Assembly (NCBI GenBank): GCA_030704615.1
Contig: CM060734.1
Span: forward strand, 21,142,001 to 21,206,000
DNA: 64,000 nucleotides
Reading direction: 5' to 3'
Source: Takakia lepidozioides
Taxonomy: Eukaryota; Plantae; Bryophyta
Under the pieces are notes generated by a model. It ran no database searches. It was not told where the DNA came from and saw only the letters and a list, made by a program, of their open reading frames with translations. Positions within the stretch are counted from its first letter, which is position 1. Every line of letters begins with the position of its first letter. Both the position numbers and the translations under genes were made by a program. Below are positions 12,658 to 25,821 of this stretch, one piece after another.

Positions 12658-15600
12658 CTATTGGAAATCTATGATTTCTTCCCTAGTCAATTTGCGAGGT
12701 ACCTTGTCATCCACCGGCTCGCCGTTCAACCATAGCTGAACAATGTCGTCATCGACCTGCTGACGAGTAGAACTTCTCAGTTCTTGCTCCTCTTTGCATT
12801 GGAATGCCTTCACCTGTCGTTGTAAGCTTTCCATCCTGGTCTTGTAAGAATCAACCAAGGCAGCAAAAGTACCCATCACGTGGTCAGCTTCCTTTTGCCC
12901 TGCCTTAGCCTTCTCAATAGTGTCCTTCATGTTGTGAAGAACCAGTTGCAACTGTACAAGGGCTTGTGACCTGTTGTCTTTTTGGAGCCTCAACTCCTTA
13001 ATTGTCCCGACATTCAAAGCAACGGTCTTTTCCATATCAGTAGTTCGGCCTGTTGGATGGTTTGAATGTGAGCCTTCGCATACTGTGCTGTTGTGTCCCG
13101 TACATCGCCATGCGCGGTATCCAAAGCAGACTTCAACTCAGCATTGTGTGTGGTAAGGCGGTGATTAGCTTTAACCAACTCATCATTGAGTAGCTTCTCC
13201 CTAAAAAGAGCAGCTTCATGGTTAGTCTGCATGGTCAACAACTGCTGGTGGTGAACACCCTGCTGTTCCTCCATCTCCAAACCCATCTTGACCAAATTTG
13301 CCTGTAGAGCTGCTTGAGACTCTTCTAGGCTTGACAACAACTTCATTCTCATCTCCTCATCGAGTCAGGCCTCCCGTACTGTTGCAAGTCTCGACTCAAA
13401 CTCCCTTTTAAGTTCCTCCCTCAATGCTGCTAACTGTTGCATGGGAACGTGAGTCTTAAAAAACTTCCCCAAAAGGTTAAGGGTTCTATTCACAGAACCC
13501 AGAAGCATGGCCTGTTGGGGATCTCCCTGGGGCACTCCTTGTGACCCATTGACTTGATGTTCTGCAGTTCTGTACGTCATAAACCATTCTGGCCAAGTAT
13601 CCAGTTGACTGTGATGTTGCTCCTCATCAGGTACTTTACTTTGGCACTTGGCTTCTTCTTTGGCCACCTGCACCTCAGGGCCTGCTTGCTTCTCCACAAC
13701 CACATCAATCCTAGGCAGTTGTGCTATTTTCTTGGTTTTTCGAGGTTTAAGGTTGGAAACCAGCCTTTCCTTGACCTGAACCGTCTCATATATGAGATCT
13801 CCACTGGCAATCTCTACCTGAATCTGCTCACAAGTAGGAATAGAATCCGCTAGCCCTATGAAGAGAGGATCAAGGTCCAAAACTGAACCCTCAACGGTAA
13901 CCCGAGTACCTTGCTGTGATGGCTGTGGCTGCGAATTGACATCCTCTTCCTCTATAGCCATCTGGTGAGTCTTACCCCGCTGTAAGGAACTCTGTGGCTG
14001 TGTTGCCACCGCCTCAGGAACTGTGCCAACTTGTTCCTCACCCACCAGACTGTCTTCTTCCACCAAGTTGATCACTTGTGGTTGTGGTCCTGTATTTGGT
14101 GTGAACATGTCGTCTTCTGACGCTTTGTCTTACCCTGTCCCTCCAATCCGCCTTCACTATGTGAAGATCCTTGATCCTCCACACAGTGGTTGGCATGACA
14201 AACTCACCCATGGCCTTGCGTTCCTTCACAGAGAGTTGGCACGAAGCCATGATGAGATGGGCAATCACAGGTGCAGAAACAATGATTGGGGGTTTATTAC
14301 TGGGCTTCTTCTCCTGAAGTGTCTTCAACTCCTTCACTAACCCTTTGTGCATCATCTCGGCCCATAGCACGTCTTCCCCTTTCAGAGCCCTGATTATTTT
14401 TTCCACAAAAGTCTTGCTGAGATACATTTGATTGTGCTTCATGTTAAACAGAACATTAAGCACTTGACCTACCTCTCTCAAACCAGAATACTTTGCCTTC
14501 ATGCACGTGTATCCCTGAGTAGCAAAAAAAAGCTCACTTATCAAACAGGTCTGCAATCTGCAATTCCTCCAGTCCTTCCCTATCAGGTTGTTTCCCCATT
14601 GGCAGCTCAAAAACTTCTTGCAGCTTCTCTGGAGTGAGTCGCATAACCACGCCCTTCACTGTCGTAGTGTCTGTCATGGAATCAAAATTGCTAACAAACT
14701 CAATCATTAATTCCCGGTAATGCAAAGTCCAATCTTTGCGCAGAATATCTTTCAAACCCAATTTCTTCAACAAAGAAACTGCTTCCGGGGTTGCCATACT
14801 CTTCTTGTGTAGCACTACACCGCTCTTCACCTTCATGTCCTCCATCACTCGATTCATTTCAAGTAAACAGGGTGGGTTCGATTGGAATAATTGCAAGAAA
14901 CTCTGCAGCACACAAAGCATGAAATTGTGATTAGCACACAAAGGCAAAGGCAACGCCTTGTAAGCTCCCGACGCTTGCAAACAACGCGTAAGTGAAAAAC
15001 CCCATCTTCCCCATTCATCCTGGTGCCACTGTGTAAGCAACAAAACGTCTGTGCAGTCCGTAACGCCTGCCATAGCTGCTAAGCTATAGCCTTTATTGCT
15101 CATACTACTTGTGTTGCGGTTATCCGGAATAACCCCCTTCCTGCCGCTCATAACGTGTTTGAGTTCTTGTTCTTGATTCCTCAGAAGTTCCCCATTCACT
15201 GTAAAACTCCGTCTAATTGGGTGAACGGTAGCCAAATAACTCTCCAAATTAACTTGCTTGCTGAGCGGGCATTCCGATTTTAGATGCCCATGATATACAC
15301 AGTATGTGCATATCTTTAGTCTAGGTACTTGAGTAAGGCCGTTATTAACCCGTCCTTTCTGTGCATTAATGGGCTTCGAAGCATAAACGGCGGAAGTACC
15401 AGACGGGTACCTCGACGGCCCACTTTGTTGTATTATGCGATGGCGCCCATTCCAATATGTTTAGCAGGTTCGCAATTTATCAAGATATCTCCCATTCTTG
15501 TTTGCAATCAAAGCGGCCTTCATCCAATCTAGCAATGCAAGAGTGTCCAAAAGCAGGTTGCAGTACATGCAATGCGGAGAGCCTTGCCCCTTAGGCCACG

Positions 15601-16840
15601 TGTTTGCTTTCAAATACTTCCTTGTCATTTCCTGGTCCCGTGTTGGAGTACCCTTCAGTACATCCTTAACTGTTTGCGTAGTCACCGTCCCGTCAGCCTG
15701 TGTGGACCTGTGTGATCTCAATTCCGGCTGTGTGTCATGTGTTGGGCTGTGTGACTCTGCCCCGGGCTGTGCTAGCCTATGATGACTGTGTATCCCTGTG
15801 CAGGCCTGTGTTGGCCTGTGTTGACTATGGAAACATCTGTGTTCTCGTTCATTGCCATACACATTTGGCGTTATGACAAATATCTCATGTTCTTCTTGTG
15901 CTACAGGTGCGTCCCGTGGCGTCCGTGCCTCGAGGTGCAAGCCACGCTGTAATGGCTTATCATGGATACCACTATATCCCTTGAGCTTGTTGGCATTAAC
16001 TCTACCAAGCATTTCCTTATTAATTGTCTGTAACATGGTTGTGTTGTTATCATACATTTTCTGTATGACATAAGGTCCCTTCCATGGTGACTTAAGCTTT
16101 GAGGCTTTAATCTTCCCCTTCTTCTGCAACCACAGTACCAAATCTCATGTCTTAAAAGTTTTTAGTTTGCCTTCATCAAACCGATCTTTCCTCTTCATTT
16201 GAATTCTGGTCATGTTATCTGCTGCATCAGCACGTACTTCTTCTACATGGTATAATTCATGTTTTCTTACTTTGATTGAATCTTCCAATTCCATTCTCCT
16301 TCCCCATTTAGTTCTCATGGTAGGTAATAAGAACTCCACTGGAAGTAAAGCTTCAATGCCATAGACCAATTGAAATGGTGTATACCTCGTAGTGACTTTG
16401 TATGATGTCCTGTAAGACCACAAAGCTGTTAACAGCTTTGTATCCCAGTCTGTCTTGTTAGCATTCACTATCTTAGCCAAGATAGTACACAATATATTGT
16501 TGGTGGCCTCTACCTGCCCATTACCCTGTGGATAATAGGTTGTACTCTTCTTGTGCACAATCATGAACTCTTTGGTCAACAGTTCAATGGTCTCATTGAT
16601 AAAATGACTTCCTTGATCACTGATAATTTCCAAGGGACGGCAAAATCTCGTGATTATGTTCTCATAAAGAAATCTAGCTGTAGATTTCGCCGTGTTATCT
16701 CGCAGTGCCTTGGCTTCTACCCACTTAGTAGTATAATCCGTGGCTGTGATTATATACTTATTTTGGGTGTTCCTGACTGGTGGATTAATTGGTCCAACAA
16801 AGTCTAATCCCCATTTCTGAAATGGTTCAGTAGGCAGCCG
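12658..16840 (-). mobile_element. Ty3/Gypsy integrase plus long 3' extension / extra ORF (degenerate)
   Basis: Integrase core ISDQGSHF..YYPQGNGQVE..ALWSYRT..TPFQLVYG, then GPY/F motif KLKSPWKGPY. Downstream are a CCHC knuckle (~15270-15310), an Athila/Transposase_32-like WTLHYRELMIEFVSNF..VKG..LQEVFELP segment, and coiled-coil ORFs at 12658-14108. Confidence 0.85.
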
Positions 16841-16849
16841 GTGTTCAAA

Positions 16850-19800
16850 ATGCCAAAATGAATGCTATACCACAGCTGAATGTCACATGAAGGAGAAGCA
16901 TTGTGCTATCTGTAAAATGGATAACCATTCCACTGAGAATTGTTATTACAACAGAAAAACAAGTACAAGGGAACCTAGGTAAGTGAGGGTGCATTAAGTG
17001 CAGCCCCAGCCAAGAAGAAACAATGACTAGGACCACTATGGTAGGCTTGGTGGATATAACAATGATACGGCATGAAGAGATAATCCAAGAGGGAATTACC
17101 AAGGCAATCCCAAAGGCAACTTTCAGGGTAATCCAAGGGAGAATTACCAGCAAGGGAATCAGGATTATAGAAATAATCACAGAATGGACCAAGGGCGAGG
17201 ACCCAATGGTGAAGAACTGTGTTATTATTGTAACCAAGACAACCAGTATGTAGCCCAGTGGTAACGGGCACATACCACGTTGGATATGGTTGTGGGTTCA
17301 AACCACCGTCTGGTGTGTCATGAAGGTGTCCACCTTCCTGTTGGAAGGCAGTAGCCCTTCGGGGTCAAGTGACACCATAAGTTACGCTCCCTTCGGGAGG
17401 CATCATACTTTTATTGTAACCAATCAAGACATCGCAAGGCAGCCTGTCCATTCTGGATCAGACACCAGAATGAGATGAGAGCTCTTGTGAATGAAGGCCC
17501 AGTAGTGGCAGCTCACATGGTTATGCCATGTTTTGTACCAGAAGTCAGTACAATGATAGTTATCAGAAGCAAAGCTAAACTATTACCTCCAGTGGATGAG
17601 GAAGAAGATGAGAATGAGGATGGCAGTCATGTGCCTGAAGATGATGAGGCTTGGAGAGATGAGAAGGAACTGCACAAGGAAGTGGCAAATACCATAAGGG
17701 AAATGCAGAAGGATACTGATATCCCTATGGCGGATTCATCTGACTCTGAAAGAGAAGATGAAGATGAGGAAATGAGGAAGCAAGATGCTTCACAGGTGCA
17801 GAACACTGAAGGGTTTCTGGCTGAAGTGATATGCCAGTCCAAAGCAGAGATTACAATTGGGCAGCTATTGGCTGTGGCACCCCACTGTAGACACAGGCTG
17901 TATGAGGTAATCAATCAGATTGCTCATGGGACAGAAGATACAGACCTGACTAGTAAGGTGACAAGTTTTAATGTGCAGCCTGAAGGACGAGAAACTGTCA
18001 TGGACTTTGATGATTCCATGTCAGTAATCCAATTGAGAATTGGAAGCACAGACCTGACTGATAGGTTCAGTACCAATCAAGCAGGCAAGATACAGGATGA
18101 ATCCCAACTATGCACAGAAGGTTGGGGAGGAGATAAAAAAGTTGGCTGAGGCTAAGTTTATATACCCGATAGAGTACACCACTTGGCTATCACCTATCGT
18201 GATAGTTCCCAAGAAGAATGGCAAACTGAGAGTTTGTGTGAACTACAAGAAGCTAAATGATTGTACAAAGAAGGATCCATTTCCTTTGTCATTCACAGAA
18301 GGTGTACTAGATACTGTAGCAGGCCATGAGATGTACTCATTCATGGATGGCTTCAGTGGGTATAACCAAGTACAAGTAGCTGAAGAGGATCAGGGAAATG
18401 CAGCTTTCATCACTGACTGGGGTGCTGATGCATACAAAGTCATGCCTTTTGGTGATAGAGACTCGGGAGTGAATATCATGACAGACCAGTTAAGGCAGAA
18501 GCTTGGTCTGAGTAACATGAAACCAGCACCATTCACAGTAACAATGGCAAATCAAAGAAGTGTACAGCCATTGGAGTAAGAATACAAATTCAGAAGTTGG
18601 TCTTTAAGATCACTGTGACTGTATTGAAAATGGATAATGTCATGGAAGCTTATTCCTTACTGTTGGGATGACCATGGCTGAAATAGGCCAAGGTATTCCA
18701 TGACTGGAATACTCAGATTCTAACTGTGCGCAAGGATAAGCACAAGATACAGATTTCAACCAAGAAATCAAGTAGACTACCTGCTACCAAAAGACCTCAT
18801 GGAGTCAGGGAATATGACTGGAGGGGAGGACTTGACGAAGAGCAGGAGGCTACTTTGTTTGCTACACACCCAGAGTGGGAGCAGGTTGCAGAAATGCAAC
18901 TGGGAAGACTAAGTTGTTTCAAAGGAATATGTTGTGGTGCAGTAACAGTGTGCGCGGCCCTTTGCCTTGAGTGCAGGGGGTCGGGACGCAGGAGGCGCTG
19001 CCCCTGTGGTGGGGGCAGTGGCAGCGATAGGTACAGGGGGCTGAAGCACCCTTGAGTGCCCAAGGCACTCAAGGAGGCGGAGGCACTCACTAGGTGGAGC
19101 CCCGCACACCGGTTTGCGGTGGGGGTGGCTCCACAAGGGGTGGTGGTAGCTTAGTGGGACTTAGTAGGGGTGGCATAGGACTCACCATGGGGCAGAGACC
19201 TTGTGGTGGGAGTCGTGGGGAGTCTTGGGACTCATCATGGTCCAATGGGGCCGTGGTGGGTGGGCCAAGACTCACCGCGACTCATCACCGGGAATCGAGG
19301 GTCTTCGTGGTGGTTCGCCATAAAATGGCATGCTTGTTTGTGAAACCCCCGCGGACAGTCACAGAAGTATATATAGGGAGTAGTAACCCCGAGAACGGTG
19401 CAAGCCCGATGGTGACCAAAAACTAGTGAGTAAGCGAGCGAGCCGGAAAGCGACCAAGAAGTGGGGAGCTATTCCGGACCGCCATCCACCAAAGGGAATC
19501 TCCACTAGGCCCAAATTGGTGGAGGGTCTGTTGGGGGAGAGAAGGGGACCGTTATGTCCCGGTGAGCAGCCAAAGCTCCGAGTTGGCCCAGCGGCAAGGT
19601 TGGGAATTAGGCGCGCGCATCAAAGCGAGTATCTATGACTTGAAGGGGAGCCTACCGAAGTGAGGTGCGCGACAAACAACAACACCAATTGAAGGGGAAA
19701 CAAGCAGTTACCCACCACATTTCTATGAAGAAAGAGAGGGAGAAATAGAAATCCTAGAGGAACCAGCCACTGTGAGTTTGCAAGATGAAGTAGTGGCTGG

Positions 19801-20118
19801 ATGGACAATCACAGCTGAAGAGCAGATGAGAGAAGTGAATGTGGGAACTGAGGAAGAACCAAGAATGGTGAAAGTTGGGGCTGACTTGGAGCCTGAATTC
19901 TTTGAGGAAGCTAAGAGCTTATTTATCAAATACAAATATGTATTTGCTTGGAGCTATGAAGATCTAAAGGGATACCCCCTGAGATCTGCCAGCATAAGAT
20001 TGAGTTGGAACCAGGACTTTGTAATGCACCAGCAACTTTCCAGAGAGTGATAAGTGAATCTTTCCATGAGTACTTGGATGATTTCATGCAAGTGTTCTTA
20101 GATGACTTCAGTGTTTAC
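16850..20118 (+). mobile_element. Ty3/Gypsy gag-protease-RT remnant, rearranged
   Basis: Gag knuckles (CAICKMDNHSTENC), protease DSGVNIM..MANQ, RT WLSPIVIVPKKNGKLRVCVNYKKLN..MDGFSGYNQV..MPFG (18097-18453), FAWSYEDLKG (~19950) and LCNAPATFQR..FLDDFSV (20017-20118). Many stops and frameshifts. Confidence 0.9.
18949..19674. mobile_element. Solo LTR inserted in Gypsy pol
   Basis: TGT..CGCGACA termini with an imperfect 5-bp TSD AACAG/AACAA. Both ends match, in reverse orientation, the solo LTR at 45965-46706. Confidence 0.75.
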
Positions 20119-20119
20119 A

Positions 20120-23100
20120 CCCCCAAAAAGGTGTTCTCTTTCGCTCACTATTGCAGAACTCTCTATGAAGAGTGCATGAAGTAGAACACAAACCAAGTTT
20201 GGAGTGCAAAAGAGGGAAGAAACTGTGGTTTTGGGTCCAAATGAATTTTGATCGCTCCCAAATTTGGCACGCACATTGCATATGGCTACATTACACGCCC
20301 CATTCAAAAACGGAATGAAAAACAAATCCCGAGCACGCGAAACACAGTCCAACAGGTCCCAAAGCAATAGCAGCTCCAACAGAATACATTCAACGGGTGA
20401 ACGGATGGTTGCCCATCCAAATCATTTTTGTTAGCTTCCAAACTTTGCCAGCACGTTCCAGACACCCTCTCACAGGTCCCGGACTAATATCAGATCAATC
20501 GAAAATTCATTCGGATGGCTCGACGGATGGTTGGCCATCGAAATGATTTTGGTTCGCTTTGAGACTTGGCCACTATGTTCAATGTGCCATGTAAGAGGCC
20601 CCAGAGTAATATGAGATCAATCGAAATTCGTTCAATGGGCCAACGGATGGTTGCCCATCCAAATGATTTTCGTTCGCTTTCAAACCTTGGCCAGTGTCCT
20701 CTGATACGTCTCAGTGTAATACGAGATCAATCGAAAATCGTTCCATTGTCCAATGAGGCGTTCACTTGCCATCTGGTTTTTGTTCAATGCGAAAAAGAAA
20801 TCCTGCAATGCGTGCACGGCTATTGCACCCATTGAACGGTTGTGGTTGAAGCCCCTCTTTTGCCCGCACGTGCTCGAACATGTGCGGAGACACAACAGAC
20901 GAATAAATCATTTGCCTCCCCATCGACGCGCTCCCCCCTCAAGCCATTCCACATATTTAATTGAATTTAAATTTATTTTAAGCCAATAAATAGGTTTGCA
21001 CTGCCTTTCAGTGGGGGTTTCTGGCACGTATCGATTTTGTTTTTGGCTCAATTTTGTTCTGCGGCTTCCAGCATCCCACGGCTACTCCCCCGCCAAAATT
21101 TGGACCAATAAAAAAATGCCCCCCCCAAAAAGGTGTTCTCTTTCGCTCACTATTGCAGAACTCTCTATGAAGAGTGCATGAAGTAGAACACAAACCAAGT
21201 TTGGAGTGCAAAAGAGGGAAGAAACTGTGGTTTTGGGTCCAAATGAATTTTGATCGCTCCCAAATTTGGCACGCACATTGCATATGGCTACATTACACGC
21301 CCCATTCAAAAACGGAATGAAAAACAAATCCCGAGCACGCGAAACACAGTCCAACAGGTCCCAAAGCAATAGCAGCTCCAACAGAATACATTCAACGGGT
21401 GAACGGATGGTTGCCCATCCAAATCATTTTTGTTAGCTTCCAAACTTTGCCAGCACGTTCCAGACACCCTCTCACAGGTCCCGGACTAATATCAGATCAA
21501 TCGAAAATTCATTCGGATGGCTCGACGGATGGTTGGCCATCGAAATGATTTTGGTTCGCTTTGAGACTTGGCCACTATGTTCAATGTGCCATGTAAGAGG
21601 CCCCAGAGTAATATGAGATCAATCGAAATTCGTTCAATGGGCCAACGGATGGTTGCCCATCCAAATGATTTTCGTTCGCTTTCAAACCTTGGCCAGTGTC
21701 CTCTGATACGTCCCAGTGTAATACGAGATCAATCGAAAATCGTTCCATTGTCCAATGAGGCGTTCACTTGCCATCTGGTTTTTGTTCAATGCGAAAAAGA
21801 AATCCTGCAATGCGTGCACGGCTATTGCACCCATTGAACGGTTGTGGTTGAAGCCCCTCTTTTGCCCGCACGTGCTTGAACGTGTGTGCGACACATGTGC
21901 GGAGACACAACAGAGACGAATAAATCATTTGCCTCCCCATCGACGCGCTCCCCCCTCAAGCCATTCCACATATTTAATTGAATTTAAATTTATTTTAAGC
22001 CAATAAATAGGTTTGCACTGCCTTTCAGTGGGGGTTTATGGCACGTATCGATTTTGTTTTCGGCTCAATTTTGTTCTGCGGCTTCCAGCATCCCACGGCT
22101 ACTCCCCCGCCAAAATTTGGACCAATCAAAAATGCCCCCCCAAAAAAGGTGTTCTCTTTCGCTCACTATTGCAGAACTCTCTATGAAGAGTGCATCAAGT
22201 AGAACACAAATCAAGTTTGGAGTGCAAAACAGGGAAGAAACTGTGGTTTTGGGTCCAAATGAATTTTGATCGCTCCCAAATTCGGCACGCACATTGCATA
22301 TGGCTACATTACACGCCCCATTCAAAAACGGGATGAAAAACAAATCGTGAGCACGCGAAACACAGTCCAACAGGTCCCAAAGCAATAGCAGCTCCAACAG
22401 AATACATTCAACGGGTGAACGGATGGTTGCCCATCCAAATCATTTTCGTTAGCTTCCAAACTTTGCCAGCACGTTCGAGGCACCCTCTCACAGGTCCCGG
22501 ACTAATATCAGATCAATCGAAAATTCATTCGGATGGCTCAACGGATGGTTGGCCATCGAAATGATTTTGGTTCGCTTTGAGACTTGGCCACTAAGTTCAA
22601 TGTGTCATGTAAGAGGCCCCAGAGTAATATGAGATCAATCAAAATTCGTTCAATGGGCCAACGGATGGTTGCCCATCCAAATGATTTTCGTTCGCTTTCA
22701 AACCTTGGCCAGCGTGTTCAATGTACCCTCTGATACGTCCTAGTGTAATACGAGATCAATCGAAAATTGTTCCATTGTCCAATAAGGCGTTCACTTGTCA
22801 TCTGGTTTTTGTTCAATGCGAAAAAGAAATCCTGCAATGCGTGCACGGCTATTTCACCCATTGAACGGTTGTGGTTGAAGCCCCTCTTTTTCCCGCACGT
22901 GCGCGACACATGTGCGGAGACACAACAGACGAATAAATCATTTGCCTCCCCATCGACGCGCTCCCCCCTCAAGCCATTCCACATTTTTAATTGAATTCAA
23001 ATCTATTTTAAGCCAATAAATAGGTTTGCACTGCCTTTCAGTGGGGGTTTCTGGCACGTATCGATTTTGTTTTTGGCTCAATTTTGTTCTGCGGCTTCCA

Positions 23101-24462
23101 GCATCCCACGGCTACTCCCCCGCCAAAATTTGGACCAATCAAAAATGCCCCCCCAAAAAAGGTGTTCTCTTTCGCTCACTATTGCAGAACTCTCTATGAA
23201 GAGTGCATCAAGTAGAACACAAATCAAGTTTGGAGTGCAAAAGAGGGAAGAAACAGTGGTTTTGGGTCCAAATGAATTTTGATCGCTCCCAAATTTGGCA
23301 CGCACATTGCATATGGCTACATTACACGCCCCATTCAAAAACGGGATGAAAAACAAATCGTGAGCACGCGAAACACAGTCCAACAGGTCCCAAAGCAATA
23401 GCGGCTCCAACAGAATACATTCAACGGGTGAACGGATGGTTGCCCATCCAAATCATTTTCGTTAGCTTCCAAACTTTGCCAGCACGTTCCAGACACCCTC
23501 TCACAGGTCCCGGACTAATATCAGATCAATCGAAAATTCATTCGGATGGCTCAACGGATGGTTGGCCATCGAAATGATTTTGGTTCGCTTGGAGACTTGG
23601 CCACTATGTTCAATGTGCCATGTAAGAGGCCCCAGAGTAATATGAGATCAATCGAAATTCGTTCAATGGGCCAACGGATGGTTGCCCATCCAAATGATTT
23701 TCGTTCGCTTTCAAACCTTGGCCAGCGTGTTCAATGTACCCTCTGATACGTCCTAGTGTAATACGAGATCAATCAAAAATCGTTCCATTGTCCAATGAGG
23801 CGTTCACTTGTCATCTGGTTTTTGTTCAATGCGAAAAAGAAATCCTGCAATGCGTGCACGGCTATTGCACCTATTGAACGGTTGTGGTTGAAGCCCCTCT
23901 TTTTCCCGCACGTGTGCGACACATGTGCGGAGACACAACAGACGAATAAATCATTTGCCTCCCCATCGACGCGCTCCCCCCTCAAGCCATTCCACATTTT
24001 TAATTGAATTCAAATCTATTTTAAGCCAATAAATAGGTTTGCACTGCCTTTCAGTGGGGGTTTCTGGCACGTATCGATTTTGTTTTTGGCTCAATTTTGT
24101 TCTGCGGCTTCCAGCATCCCACGGCTACTCCCCCGCCAAAATTTGGACCAATCAAAAATGCCCCCCCCCAAAAGGTGTTCTCTTTCGCTCACTATTGCAG
24201 AACTCTCTATGAAGAGTGCATCAAGTAGAACACAAATCAAGTTTGGAGTGCAAAAGAGGGAAGAAACAGTGGTTTTGGGTCCAAATGAATTTTGATCGCT
24301 CCCAAATTTGGCACGCACATTGCATATGGCTACATTACACGCCCCATTCAAAAACGGGATGAAAAACAAATCGTGAGCACGCGAAACACAGTCCAATAGG
24401 TCCCAAAGCAATAGCAGCTCCAACAGAATACATTCAACGGGTGAACGGATGGTTGCCCATCC
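20120..24462. repeat. ~1.0-kb tandem repeat (satellite), ~4.3 copies
   Basis: Unit starts at ~20120, 21122, 22140, 23153, 24166 (periods 1002-1018 bp) and the units are near-identical. Each has internal ~120-bp subrepeats containing AACGGATGGTTGCCCATCCAAATGATTTT. Confidence 0.97.
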
Positions 24463-24463
24463 A

Positions 24464-24987
24464 CGGATCAAGGTTTAGAGTTCTGCAACCAACTTATGGA
24501 GATTGTCTTGTTTAATCTCAACACTAAGCATGTCGTTACTGCTCCGTACAATCCCCAATGCAATGGTTTGACAGAACGATTTAACAAAACTATATGCCAG
24601 ATGCTTGAGAAGAATGGAACACTAATTGATGAATGGGATATTGCCGTGCCTATTCTGCTCTTTACCTATAGGACTTCTATCCATGCCAGTACCAGAATCT
24701 CACCTTTTGAACTTTTGTATGGTAGGAAATGTAGAACTCATTTGCATATCTCCTGGCTGCAGGTATCCGCAACTGAGCTTGAGAATTGGGAAGTCTTCTT
24801 GCTTTCCATGGATGCTAGACGATGTAGTTTGCGTGAAATAGCAAAATTTAACATTGTGTTTGCCCAAGCTACTCAGGCCAAGAATTACAACAGACGTGTT
24901 GTGTATTCTGAGTCATTCAAGGTGATCTTCACCCCCACAACTCGGACAGCTCGTGATCAGACCATGATATCTTCTTCTTTAGAGTAG
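24464..24987 (+). pseudogene. Ty3/Gypsy integrase fragment
   Basis: TDQGLEF..TAPYNPQCNGLTERFNKT..LFTYRTSIHASTRISPFELLYGR. Confidence 0.85.
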
Positions 24988-25821
24988 TTTTTGAATTTCG
25001 TGACATTTTCTGCACCAATTGTAGCACTTGGGGTTTTTCCTATGGGATGTTTTGTCCTCCACCCAGCTTGCAGGGTGAGGTTTTCTTCCCTAGGTTTTTT
25101 CATCCCTTGTGTGTCGGGTGTGTAGTTTGTTTTGGCTAGGCTTCGTTTTTGTTCTTCTTGAGCTCATCACTCGCAAGAGCTCGCAGATTCTAGTAGCCCC
25201 AACAGACTTCACATATGTGGAGTTGGGATTCCTTCTCACCTTCCTTTTCGACTTGGATGAACGGAGGAGGGATGCGCCCCGGATGATTTAGGGATGGACG
25301 GAGCCAGGATGAAGTCTGGATAAACTTACACCTTGCGCATGAGGATGAGCTGGCAACAGCTGATGACTTTACTAGGTGCTGTCTTATTCTAACAGCTGGT
25401 TTATGATTAGATTAGGATGGATCTGGGTGATCTGGATTCTTTCTATGGCTATGCTGGAAGGGCATCTGGCAGGCCTATATGTTAGTGTCACGCGGCACTA
25501 AGATTAGATTACGACCTAATACTATTTAAGCTCAACTGCTCTGGCAGTGGGGGTGGTGGCTTTTGGGTCTTACGTTAGTGTATGCTGGGTGTAACGGTGT
25601 GCTTGAGTGTGTGGATGAATGCGTTTTGGAAGTCCGATTCAGTTGCGTAAGATTCCGTCTTCTCTGCCAGATCGACTACATTCCCCAGATAGGATTAAGT
25701 CCGGTAGAGGAAGGGGAACAAACCCATAGCGCCGGAATCATGACTTCAGAGCACGTTACGCCGCGGAAAATTGATTTTGAGAAAATAATAAGAGAATAAT
25801 ATGAAACATGACGTCGGAAAG

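Noticed and set aside
20098-24471. Repeated short ORFs (MELLLLWDLL..., MATMFNVPCK...) as a tandem gene cluster
   Set aside because: By-products of the 1-kb satellite; no recognisable domain, and frames are broken between units.
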